NCBI GenBank assembly: GCA_964354185.1
Contig: CAYGZE010000001.1
Span: 1,939 to 65,938 of the forward strand
Length of the DNA: 64,000 nucleotides
Direction: 5' to 3'
Source of the DNA: an uncultured Anaerolineales bacterium
Lineage (GTDB): Bacteria; Planctomycetota; Phycisphaerae; FEN-1346
Made by a program: the position numbers and the translations under genes. Below, one piece after another: positions 35,657-44,345 of the stretch. Position 1 is the stretch's first letter; every line of letters starts with the position of its first letter. The notes under the pieces are model-generated. The model ran no database searches. It was given only the letters and a program-made list of their open reading frames with translations, and had not been told where the DNA came from.

Positions 35657-35791
35657 GGGTCCTGTCCGCGTTCTGGGGCCCGGCCGAAGGGTCTCCTCGG
35701 CCGGCGCATACCCTCGCGCAGGGGGCCGTCTGGCCCGGAACGGGCGTCCCCCCGGCGCCCGTTCCGCGCACCCCTGTGCGCAGGGACCGTC

Positions 35792-35807
35792 TGCAAGGGG
35801 CGTGCCA
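35792..35807 (-). promoter_or_regulatory. sigma-54 (RpoN) promoter of the flagellar superoperon
   Basis: Minus-strand reads TGGCAC-gcccc-TTGCA, an exact match to the -24/-12 consensus, ~135 nt upstream of the 33335-35656 gene start. An adjacent inverted repeat GCGCAC-ccct-GTGCGC lies at 35766-35781. Confidence 0.6.
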
Positions 35808-36003
35808 ACCGGGCGAGGCTGCGGCCCGACGGCCCTCGCGGGGCTGGGAAGGGCGAAACGGGCATGGCGGCCACCGGCGCCGGCGCGGCGTGGTCGTCAG
35901 GTTTTCGCGCGGCCGTACGGTTTTCAAGCGCGGGTGACGGCGGCCGGAGACGCGGGGGGCAGCGGGGCGGCGCGCGGCACAGCGGGGCGCCGCTTCGGAC
36001 GGA

Positions 36004-37449
36004 TTATGAGCCGGCTTCGTGGAAGTGCGGGATCCGCTCGCGGGTGCAGGCGGTCACGTCAACGAGGCCCGCCCCCTCCGGGATCTTGATCTTGTACCGC
36101 TTGAGTTTGGCGTGAAGCGTGGCGCGGGTGATGCCCAGGAGGGCGGCCGCCCGCGTCCGCTGCCAACCCGTCTCCTGGAGGGCGCGCGTGATGAAGAGCC
36201 GCTCGGCTGCCTCGAGCGAGAACTCGTCCTGTAGCAGACGGGCGCCGCTCTCCTCGGACGGCAGCAGGGCCTCGTCCTCGATCAGCAGGTCTTCGGGGCC
36301 GATCTCGTCGCTGCGGGCGAGGATCAGGGCCCGCTCGACGACGTTGCGCAGTTCCCGGACGTTCCCCGGCCACGCGTGCCGCGCCAGGCGCTCGCGGGCG
36401 GCCTCGGTCAGGCGGAGCGCTCGCCCGCGGCACGAAGGGGCAACGACTTCGATGAAGTACTCCACGAGCAGCGGGATGTCCTCGCGGCGCTCCGGCGTGC
36501 GAAGCGGGGGAAGGGTGATCGGGAACACGGCCAGGCGGTAGTACAGGTCCTGTCGGAAACGGCCCTCCCGTGCCGCGCCACGCAGGTCGCGGTTGCTCGA
36601 CGCGATGATGGTGGCCCGACACGGGATGCTCTCGGTGCCCCCGACCTTGCGGAACCGTCGCTCCTGGAGGACGCGCAGCAGTTTCGCCTGGAGTTCCGGC
36701 GGCATCTCGCTGATCTCGTCGAGGAAGAGCGTGCCAGACCCCGCCACCTCGAACAGCCCCTTCTTCTCGCCGTCGGCACCTGTGAAGGCCCCCTTCACGT
36801 AGCCGAACAACTCGCTCTCCAGCAGGTTGGCGGTCAGCGTGGCGCAGTTGACCGCCACGAACGTGTCGGGGTGCTCGCGGCGGAGGGTGTGGACCGCGCG
36901 GGCGGCCAGTTCCTTGCCGGTTCCGGTCTCGCCGACGATCAGGACGGGGTTGCAGGGGCTCTCGGCCACCCGTCGGATCGTCTCGAGGGTCCGCCGCATC
37001 CCCTCGCTCCGCCCGACCATCGGAACGCCCCGAGGGCAGGCCGGCTCGAAGAAGCGGTCCCACCGGGCCCGGATGTCAGCGGTTGCCGCCAGTGCCTGAA
37101 TCCGCTCCAGGCCGACCTTGTCGAGCGGCACCCTCAGACACGCGCTGGCCCCCTCGCGCAGGAAGAGCGCCTCCCGCCTGGCGTCCTGGTCACCCGAGAG
37201 GACCACCACGGGCACCCCCGGGGCTACCTCGCGTACCCTCTCGAGGGCAACCAGCCCCTCGGCTGTCTCGATGGTGTCGCCGATGACTACCAGGTCGGTG
37301 GTCCCCTCCGCGGCCGCCCGAGCGGCCTCGGCCGCCGTGCCGGCCGGGACGCGCGTGCCGCCCAAGTGCCGCAACGGGCAGGAGTCGGCGGCAGGCGCCG
37401 CTCCCAGGACGACAATGCTCCCAAGCCTTACCGGCGAACGTCCCCCCAT
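36004..37449 (-). CDS. sigma-54-dependent transcriptional activator with an atypical receiver-like N-domain (FleQ/FlrA-like candidate master regulator)
   Basis: Start MGGRSPVRLGSIVVLG at 37449. AAA+ sigma-54 activator motifs (IVGETGTGKELAARAVH, GAFTGA, ESELFGYVKGAFTG, GTLFLDEI, RFRQDLYYRLAVFPITLPPLRTPERREDIP). C-terminal HTH (RTRAAALLGITRATLHAKLKRYKI). The N-domain lacks the canonical acidic pocket. Confidence 0.85.
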   Translation of the reverse strand: MGGRSPVRLGSIVVLGAAPAADSCPLRHLGGTRVPAGTAAEAARAAAEGTTDLVVIGDTIETAEGLVALERVREVAPGVPVVVLSGDQDARREALFLREGASACLRVPLDKVGLERIQALAATADIRARWDRFFEPACPRGVPMVGRSEGMRRTLETIRRVAESPCNPVLIVGETGTGKELAARAVHTLRREHPDTFVAVNCATLTANLLESELFGYVKGAFTGADGEKKGLFEVAGSGTLFLDEISEMPPELQAKLLRVLQERRFRKVGGTESIPCRATIIASSNRDLRGAAREGRFRQDLYYRLAVFPITLPPLRTPERREDIPLLVEYFIEVVAPSCRGRALRLTEAARERLARHAWPGNVRELRNVVERALILARSDEIGPEDLLIEDEALLPSEESGARLLQDEFSLEAAERLFITRALQETGWQRTRAAALLGITRATLHAKLKRYKIKIPEGAGLVDVTACTRERIPHFHEAGS

Positions 37450-37962
37450 GAAAGCCGCTCCCTTTCCAGGATGTGCACGTCTCGTCCGTGCCTTGCCGAG
37501 TCCTCGGGTTGGAGGTGTCGCGAGCCTGTCCGCCCACGTATGGCGTGTCCGGTGACTGTCAGCGATGTATCGGCTCTGGACCTCATACGCAGCCACTGGC
37601 GGTCCGGAAGTGTTGATTTACACGCGTTCTCGGCCTGACCGGGTGTGCATCTTTAGAAGAACTTATCGGACGGTCAATAAAAGTGGGGGCAGGCCGCCGA
37701 GGCAACCGGCCGCGCGCCGCCTGGTGGCGCTGGCGCCACCAATCCGGGTGCGGGTGCGACAGCCTCAACCGGCGGGCGGGACCGAGCCGGTGCGGCACCG
37801 GTCGGCCCCCGGTGCGGAGGATTCTACCGATCGTCGGAGGTTTCTTCCGCTTGGCCGGGCGGGCCGACGGGCGAGACGCCGTGGCTGACGCTGAGATGCG
37901 CCGCCCGTAAGTCCTTTAAAAGCAAGGAGATAAGCCACACTGCGTCTTCCATTGGGCAGGGG

Positions 37963-37978
37963 TGGCACGGTTCTTGCT
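37963..37978 (+). promoter_or_regulatory. sigma-54 promoter of the fliK-flgDE...flgKL operon
   Basis: Plus-strand TGGCAC-ggttc-TTGCT exactly matches TGGCAC-N5-TTGCW, ~38 nt upstream of the fliK GTG start (RBS TGAGGAGG). The AT-rich motif CCGTAAGTCCTTTAAAAGCAAGGAG lies 30-60 nt further upstream, a plausible IHF or activator site. Confidence 0.6.
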
Positions 37979-38015
37979 CTGCTCGTTCGTCACGTGAGCG
38001 TCTGAGGAGGCGCGT

Positions 38016-39632
38016 GTGCAGGGCATTGCGGCCATGACGGCGACGGTGGGCATCCCGGCGGTGGAGTATCGCGCCCAGTGGATGGATGGCCGCGGGCCGC
38101 CCTCGTCCCCACCGAGCAGACCCGCCGAGAGCGCCCAGGGCTGGGCCCGTCGCGATCCTCTGGACTCGCCCGCCCCCGAAACGACCCAGGCGGCGACAAA
38201 GAAAGTGGGCCGCGACGGCCAAGGTGCCGACAGCGGTGCCCCTGAGTCGGCGGATCCGGCCAACCACGGCTCGGAGTCGGACCCGGGCGAAGCCGACACA
38301 GAACGGCAGGATGCGCCGGCCCGACCGCGGGACGCGCGGATGATGCTGGCCGCAATGTTGACGGCCGAGGCGGCACCGGGCGCGGCGACGCCCACGGCTG
38401 TTGCGGTTGCCTCAGTCGTCGCGAACACGGCCGACGGACTCCGGATGGCCCATGGCGCGGGCAGGGGGGACCCCGCCCCGAAGGCCGTGCCCCAAGCGGT
38501 TGTATCGGAGGCGGTGGGGGGGCCCCAAGCCGTTGGGTCCGAGGCAACGGCCCAGCCGCCTGCCGCAGCCGTGGCGGCGCGCGTCCTCGGCCGCACTTCC
38601 GCAGGGCCGGGGACGGCTGACGCGAAGGCCGGCCCTGCGGCACCAGTAGGGGAGGCGATGGCCGCGAGCCAGGCCGGGGGTGATCGCGGCACCGCGTCTT
38701 CCGCGTCCCTGGCCGCTGCCGTGACCGCACCGAAGGCGTCCGGGCAAGACGCGGCTTCGTCGCGTCTGACGACGGCGGACGGTGGCGCGGCGGCCGTGGT
38801 TGCTCTCCAGGGGACCGCGGTGCCGGCTGCCATGACCCTGGTGCCCGGCCCGCGCGGCACGAAGACGGCGACCGACGGCTCGGAGTCGCGCGAAACCGCT
38901 CCAGGGAAGGGCGAGTCGGCAAAGCCCGTCCTCGACCCGGGCGGGCGAACGCCCCTGGCGGCCCGGATCGAGGAAGGGGTCGACCGGGCGGGGCCCTCCG
39001 TCGTGACCGGCACGGACGCGCTGAAAGGGGCCACTGTCGAGGCGAGCCACGGCGGCGCTGAGGCGGCCCCGGCGGCGGCCACGGCGGTTGGCGCGTCGCC
39101 AGCGGGCAGCGCCCCGGCGGCCGAGCCCCAGGCCCCGGTCGGCGGGCCTGCCGCCCAGACCGCCCAGACGCCCGGCGGAGGGCCGTCGGCGTCCCTCACG
39201 GAGCAACTGGCCGCGCCCGTCCGCTGGATGGCCGTCCGCGACGGGGAGCACGTGACCGTTCGCCTCCAGCCCCCGGAACTGGGCAAGGTCCGGATCACGT
39301 TTCGGAGCGAGGGGCAGGAGGTCCGGGGGATCCTGGAGGTCGAGAACGCCTCCACGCTGGCCCGACTGGGGCGCGAGATGCCGGCGCTGGCCCAGCGTCT
39401 CCAGGATGTGGGGGTACAGGTGCGGCGTCTGGAAGTCGCCCTCGACGGCTCCCACGACGGCCAGGCGTCGCCGTTCGGTCCGTACGACGACCGTGGCGGC
39501 GGGTTCTTCGGCGCGGGCGGGCCGGACGTGCCGTTCGCCGGGGACCTGGCCGCCGACGGCGAGCCGGTCGGCGCCGGCCTCGCCGGGCCGGGCGAATGGG
39601 TGGCGGACGCGGCGATCAACGTTCAGGCATAG
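38016..39632 (+). CDS. fliK: flagellar hook-length control protein FliK
   Basis: 538 aa; low-complexity Ala/Pro/Gly-rich ruler region followed by the conserved C-terminal Flg_hook domain (VRLQPPELGKVRITFRSEGQEVRGILEVENASTLARLGREMPALAQRLQDVGVQVRRLEV). Confidence 0.72.
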   Translation: MQGIAAMTATVGIPAVEYRAQWMDGRGPPSSPPSRPAESAQGWARRDPLDSPAPETTQAATKKVGRDGQGADSGAPESADPANHGSESDPGEADTERQDAPARPRDARMMLAAMLTAEAAPGAATPTAVAVASVVANTADGLRMAHGAGRGDPAPKAVPQAVVSEAVGGPQAVGSEATAQPPAAAVAARVLGRTSAGPGTADAKAGPAAPVGEAMAASQAGGDRGTASSASLAAAVTAPKASGQDAASSRLTTADGGAAAVVALQGTAVPAAMTLVPGPRGTKTATDGSESRETAPGKGESAKPVLDPGGRTPLAARIEEGVDRAGPSVVTGTDALKGATVEASHGGAEAAPAAATAVGASPAGSAPAAEPQAPVGGPAAQTAQTPGGGPSASLTEQLAAPVRWMAVRDGEHVTVRLQPPELGKVRITFRSEGQEVRGILEVENASTLARLGREMPALAQRLQDVGVQVRRLEVALDGSHDGQASPFGPYDDRGGGFFGAGGPDVPFAGDLAADGEPVGAGLAGPGEWVADAAINVQA

Positions 39633-39641
39633 GAGCATCCG

Positions 39642-40007
39642 ATGGCCACGGCGGTGCAGAGTGCCGGCGAACTGAAACTCGATTACCTGAACCTGCTGGT
39701 GACGCAGATGCGCTACCAGAACCCGCTCGAGCCGATGGACAGCGCCCAGATGACGGCGCAACTGGCGCAGATCTCGCAACTGGAGCAACTCGAAAACGCG
39801 AACCGAACGTTCGCCAAGGTCCTATCAGCCGCCGAGGGCGACTACGCCGCCGGACTCCTGGGCAAGCAAGTGGCGTTCGTTCCGGAGGGCGAGACCCAGG
39901 CGGTCATCGGCCCCGTCTCGGGCGTCGAGCGGGTGGGGACGGACCTGCTGCTGCGCGTCGGCAACTACACCGTCGCGCTCGGGGATATCCAGGCCATTGC
40001 GGACTGA
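39642..40007 (+). CDS. flgD: flagellar hook assembly/capping protein FlgD
   Basis: 121 aa; DYLNLLVTQMRYQNPLEPMDSAQMTAQLAQISQLEQLE is the FlgD N-terminal signature. Confidence 0.82.
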   Translation: MATAVQSAGELKLDYLNLLVTQMRYQNPLEPMDSAQMTAQLAQISQLEQLENANRTFAKVLSAAEGDYAAGLLGKQVAFVPEGETQAVIGPVSGVERVGTDLLLRVGNYTVALGDIQAIAD

Positions 40008-40042
40008 GCGGGTCCGGGAACCCGCGCTAGAGGAGACCGACG

Positions 40043-41683
40043 ATGAGCAATGCGTTGATATCCGGCGTGACGGGCCTTCGCGTGCACCAGACCATGCTCG
40101 ATGTCGCCGGCAACAACCTGGCGAACGTCAACACCTACGGCTACAAGGGAAGCCGGGTGACCTTCGCCGAACTCCTGTCCCAGACGATCCGGGAAGCCAC
40201 GCAGCCCGGCTCGGGGACGGGCGGCACCAACCCCCAGCAGATCGGCAGCGGCGTGGCTGTGGCCAGCATCGACCGCGACGTCGGCCAGGGGAACATGGCG
40301 AGCACCGGACAGGCCCTGGACATGGCCGTCGACGGCGCCGGCTACTTCGTCATGAACGACGGCGAGCAAGACGTCTACACCCGCGTCGGCCACTTCTCCG
40401 TCGACGCCGAGTACCACCTCGTCGACTCCGGCGCCGGCTACCGCGTCCAGCGCATCGGCAACGAGGGGGTGGCCGAGGGCTTCCAGGACGCCACCTCTGA
40501 CAACATCCGAATCCCGTACGACGTGGCCCTGCCCGCCAGCGCCACCCGGGGCGTCACCTTCGCGGGCAACCTGAGCGCCGATGCCGTCGAGCCCACGGCC
40601 AACCTGCTCACGAGCGGCGTCCAATACACCGAGGTGGGCGCCGTGGCGTCCCGCACGTCGCTCCTGGCGAACCTGGACCAGGCCAGCGGCCTGGCGGCGG
40701 GCGAGACGATCCGCATCTACGGCACCGACCGCGCCGGCAACGCGGTCGACGAGACGTTCACCCTGGCGGCGGGTTCCACCCTCGGCGACCTGGTCGACGC
40801 CATCTCCGGTTACTTCGACGGCTCGACGGCGTCGCTCTCAAACGGTGAGATCCGGCTGACCGATGACGCAGCCGGCTACAGCCGCTCCGACCTCTACCTC
40901 GCCTACTCCGGCGCCGGCGCGCTGGAACTGCCGGCCTACTTCAGGGTGCTGTCGGCCGGCGGCCAGGAGGCCAAGAACAGCAACGTCGAGGTTTATGACT
41001 CCCTGGGCATCAGCCACGTCATGAGCGTCGCCTTCGTGCGGACCGACCAGCCGAACACCTGGGATATGGTCGTCACGGGCATGACGGGCGACGTCGTGCT
41101 CGACGACCGGCGGGTGACGGGCCTGACGTTCGGCCGGGACGGCAGTTTCGGCGGGCTGGGCGGCGCGACGCCCGACGAACCCTCCGTGACGGTCCGGTTT
41201 GGCGGGGCGTCCGGCGACGTGAGCACCATCGGGATGACCTTCGGCTCGATCGGCGAGTTCGACGGTCTGAGCCAGTTCGGCGGCGCCTCGACCGCCGCCG
41301 CCAGCGGACAGGACGGCTACGAGGCCGGGTACCTGTCGAGCCTCTCCGTGAGCCGCGACGGCACCCTCGTCGGCATGTTCACCAACGGCGTCCGCCGCGA
41401 CGTCGCCGCCCTGAAGATCGCGACCTTCCAGAACCCCGCGGGCCTGACCGACATCGGGCACGGCTACCTCTCCGCGTCGGCCAACTCCGGCAACCCCGTC
41501 TCCACCAAGGCGCTGGCCGGCGGGGCGGGCTCGGTGACCGGCGGGTCGCTGGAGTTGTCCAACGTCGACGTCGCCCAGGAGTTCGTCAACCTCATCCAGG
41601 CCCAGAACGGGTTCCAGGCCAACGCGCGGACGATCCGCGTGACGAACGAGATGCTTCAGGAACTGTCGAACCTGATCCGGTAA
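40043..41683 (+). CDS. flgE: flagellar hook protein FlgE
   Basis: 546 aa; N-terminal MSNALISGVTGLRVHQTMLDVAGNNLANVNTYGYKGSRVTF and C-terminal GGSLELSNVDVAQEFVNLIQAQNGFQANARTIRVTNEMLQELSNLIR. Confidence 0.92.
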   Translation: MSNALISGVTGLRVHQTMLDVAGNNLANVNTYGYKGSRVTFAELLSQTIREATQPGSGTGGTNPQQIGSGVAVASIDRDVGQGNMASTGQALDMAVDGAGYFVMNDGEQDVYTRVGHFSVDAEYHLVDSGAGYRVQRIGNEGVAEGFQDATSDNIRIPYDVALPASATRGVTFAGNLSADAVEPTANLLTSGVQYTEVGAVASRTSLLANLDQASGLAAGETIRIYGTDRAGNAVDETFTLAAGSTLGDLVDAISGYFDGSTASLSNGEIRLTDDAAGYSRSDLYLAYSGAGALELPAYFRVLSAGGQEAKNSNVEVYDSLGISHVMSVAFVRTDQPNTWDMVVTGMTGDVVLDDRRVTGLTFGRDGSFGGLGGATPDEPSVTVRFGGASGDVSTIGMTFGSIGEFDGLSQFGGASTAAASGQDGYEAGYLSSLSVSRDGTLVGMFTNGVRRDVAALKIATFQNPAGLTDIGHGYLSASANSGNPVSTKALAGGAGSVTGGSLELSNVDVAQEFVNLIQAQNGFQANARTIRVTNEMLQELSNLIR

Positions 41684-41701
41684 CGAGAGGCGGCCTCTGC
41701 C

Positions 41702-42829
41702 ATGTGCTTCGGTGCGCTGGGTGCCGTGCTTCTGGCCGAACTGACGCCGGCGGACCGGTTGCGTGCCGCCGGCCGCTTGCCCTTCTTCTCGCTGGAATGG
41801 CGCTTCGTGCTGCCGGTGCTTGGCGCCGTTGTCGTGGGCGTCGTCCTGATTGCCGTCTATCGCTACTACAGCGCGCGCCGGGAGGTGTTGCGGCGCTTCG
41901 CCGCGCACCTGGACCACCTCGGCCTGACGCGGGGCGAGCGGGCCGTGCTGGAGCGGATCGCCGCCCTGTCCGGCGCCGGCGACCCCGGCGCCGCGCTTCT
42001 GGACCGCGCGGCATTCGACCGCGGGGTGCGGAACCTCACGGCCGGCCGTATTGTGGCCCGCCTGACGGAGGACCAGCGGCTCGCGGTGGCGGCCACCGTC
42101 GAGGTCCTGCGCACGAAACTCGACCTTGCCTACCGGGGGGGCGCGGAGTTCCTCGAGGGGACCGGCGGCCTTCAGGTTGCCCGCGGCGATACCGTCACGA
42201 TCGCGCGGCGCGGCGACCTGCCTTCCGTGGAGGCCAAGGTGGCCCGCCTGGAGGGGCGCGACCTGTCCCTGGAACTCAGCGGCGAGAGCGCGCTCCAGGC
42301 CGGCGAACCGTGCCTCGTGCGGTTCGTGCGGCAGGACATCCAGTGGGAACTCAGCGCGTCGGTCGCGATCGCGGCCAAGGGGATGGCGATCGTGCGGCTC
42401 GTCGGGGAGCAGCGGTGCGTGAACCTGAGGCGGTTCGCGCGCGTGCCCGTCCGCAAGCCGGCGCTCCTGGCCCGCTTCCCCTTCGACAAGGCCGAGGCCC
42501 AGGCCGAGGCGCCCGAGTTCATAGGCGGCGCGCTGACCGAGATCGCCGGCCCCGGCCTGCGCATCGACGCGCCCGTCGCCCCCCAGGTCGGCGAGCGGGT
42601 CCTGGTCCTCCTGAGGATGGACGAGGACACGACCATCCAGGGCGTCGGCAAGGTCCGGCGTCTCGTGCACGGCGAGGGCGAGACGCCTGTCATCATCGTC
42701 GAGATGGTGGGCCTGTCGCCGGACGAGGTGGGCAGGCTGGTGCGGGAGACCCGAGCGGCCGCCCGCCCGCCCGTCGATCACGATGCGGAACCCGTGGCCG
42801 CCGTGGCCCATTCGGCGGAGGCACCATGA
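41702..42829 (+). CDS. membrane-anchored PilZ-domain protein (YcgR/FlgZ-like candidate c-di-GMP effector) embedded in the rod/hook operon
   Basis: 375 aa; N-terminal TM segments (LGAVLLAELT..., FVLPVLGAVVVGVVLIAVY). Two beta-barrel-like halves. The second carries an RxxxR motif (NLRRFARVPVRKP) and a downstream GxxxxxG element (ALTEIAGPGLRID), as in PilZ c-di-GMP-binding sites. Its stop overlaps the flgF start (ATGA). Confidence 0.55.
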   Translation: MCFGALGAVLLAELTPADRLRAAGRLPFFSLEWRFVLPVLGAVVVGVVLIAVYRYYSARREVLRRFAAHLDHLGLTRGERAVLERIAALSGAGDPGAALLDRAAFDRGVRNLTAGRIVARLTEDQRLAVAATVEVLRTKLDLAYRGGAEFLEGTGGLQVARGDTVTIARRGDLPSVEAKVARLEGRDLSLELSGESALQAGEPCLVRFVRQDIQWELSASVAIAAKGMAIVRLVGEQRCVNLRRFARVPVRKPALLARFPFDKAEAQAEAPEFIGGALTEIAGPGLRIDAPVAPQVGERVLVLLRMDEDTTIQGVGKVRRLVHGEGETPVIIVEMVGLSPDEVGRLVRETRAAARPPVDHDAEPVAAVAHSAEAP

Positions 42830-43530
42830 GCCTGAACGTGGCTGCCACTCTCGAAGGCCTGACCGACCAGTACCAGGCCATCGCCAACAACCTGGCGAAC
42901 ACCTCCACGGTGGGGTTCAAGCGCCGCCTGACCGTGATGACCGACGCCGGAGCGGCGTCGCCTTCGCCCGACGGGCCGAGCCCGGCGGCCATGTTCATCG
43001 ACTTCAGCCAGGGCCGCCTGGTCCAGACCGGGCGGCCGCTGGACGTGGCCCTGTCGGGGCGGGGGTTCCTGGTTCTGGAATCCGCGGACGGCCCGCTGTA
43101 CACGCGAAACGGGGTGCTGCGGCCCAACGCGCAGGGGCAACTGGTCGACGCCGAGGGACGGACCGTGTCCGGCGAAAGCGGCCCGATCATCCTTCCGTCC
43201 GTCGCCGGCGAGTCCGGGGTTCGCATCTCGAGCGACGGCCAGGTCGCCGTGAACGGCGCCCTGATCGGCACGCTCCAGATCGTCGAGTTCGAGGACACCA
43301 CGAAACTCGAAGCCGTCGGGCTGAATGCCTACAAGGCCCCGGCGAACGTGGCCGGCGACAAGGCCACGAAGACCACCCTCGAGCAGGGATACCAGGAAGC
43401 CTCGAACGTCAGCCCGGTCTACGAACTGGTCGGGCTGATCAAACTCTGCCGCCTGTACGAGGCCAACATCAAGGCCTTGCAGGCCGGCGGCGACCGCGAG
43501 AAGAGCATCCTTCAGGTAGCCATGGCGTAA
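42826..43530 (+). CDS. flgF: flagellar basal-body rod protein FlgF
   Basis: 234 aa; MSLNVAATLEGLTDQYQAIANNLANTSTVGFKRR... and C-terminal LEQGYQEASNVSPVYELVGLIKLCRLYEANIKALQAGGD. Confidence 0.8.
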   Translation: MSLNVAATLEGLTDQYQAIANNLANTSTVGFKRRLTVMTDAGAASPSPDGPSPAAMFIDFSQGRLVQTGRPLDVALSGRGFLVLESADGPLYTRNGVLRPNAQGQLVDAEGRTVSGESGPIILPSVAGESGVRISSDGQVAVNGALIGTLQIVEFEDTTKLEAVGLNAYKAPANVAGDKATKTTLEQGYQEASNVSPVYELVGLIKLCRLYEANIKALQAGGDREKSILQVAMA

Positions 43531-43548
43531 CGCGTTAGGAGGACGTCC

Positions 43549-44337
43549 ATGCTGCGAGCATTCTCGACGGCCGCGACGGGCATGACCGCTCAACAGATGA
43601 TTGTCGACACGATCGCCAACAACCTGGCCAACATCAACACGGCCGGGTTCAAGCGGAGCATGGTCGACTTCCAGGACCTCGTCTACGTCAAACTCAACGA
43701 GGCCGGCCGCGAGGTCGCCTCGGGCGTGGCGGCCCCGACGGGCTTCGAACTGGGCAGCGGCGTCCGCCCCGCCTCCACGCTGAAGGTCTTCACCCAGGGC
43801 GAACTCGAAAACACCGGACGCGAACTCGACGTTTCCATCCAGGGCGACGGCTTCTTCGTCGTTAAGACTCCCAGCGGCGACCAGCGGTATACCCGCGACG
43901 GCTCCTTCCGCATCAACGCCAACGGGAACCTCGTGACGTCGAGCGGCTACGACCTGGAGCCCAGCATCAGCATTCCGCCCGACGCCCGCTCGATCAGCAT
44001 CGGGACGGATGGCACCGTCACGGTCTTCAGCGGGTCGGACGGCACGTCTTCGGCCGCCGGCCAGATCACCCTCGTGCGGTTCCCCAACTCGTCGGGCCTG
44101 TCGGCCGAGGGCGGCAACCTCCTGGCCGAGACCCCTGCCAGCGGGGCGGCCATCGCCGGGACCGCCAGCGAGAGCGGCTTCGGATCCATCCAGGCCGGCT
44201 TCCTCGAACGCTCGAACGTCCAGATGGTCAGCGAACTCGTGAACCTCATCACCGCCCAGCGGGCCTACGAGATCAACTCGCGGGCCATCCGCGCCGGCGA
44301 CGAGATGCTTACGACCGTCAACGGCCTGATCCGTTAG
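43549..44337 (+). CDS. flgG: flagellar distal rod protein FlgG
   Basis: 262 aa; MLRAFSTAATGMTAQQMIVDTIANNLANINTAGFKRS... and C-terminal GFLERSNVQMVSELVNLITAQRAYEINSRAIRAGDEMLTTVNGLIR. Confidence 0.92.
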   Translation: MLRAFSTAATGMTAQQMIVDTIANNLANINTAGFKRSMVDFQDLVYVKLNEAGREVASGVAAPTGFELGSGVRPASTLKVFTQGELENTGRELDVSIQGDGFFVVKTPSGDQRYTRDGSFRINANGNLVTSSGYDLEPSISIPPDARSISIGTDGTVTVFSGSDGTSSAAGQITLVRFPNSSGLSAEGGNLLAETPASGAAIAGTASESGFGSIQAGFLERSNVQMVSELVNLITAQRAYEINSRAIRAGDEMLTTVNGLIR

Positions 44338-44345
44338 GAGGCGCC

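Noticed and set aside
35766-35781. Inverted repeat GCGCAC-ccct-GTGCGC near the sigma-54 promoter as an enhancer-binding-protein site
   Set aside because: It lies downstream of the -12 element, in the leader, not upstream where bEBP sites are expected. Short GC-rich palindromes are frequent in this composition. Mentioned only as context for the promoter.
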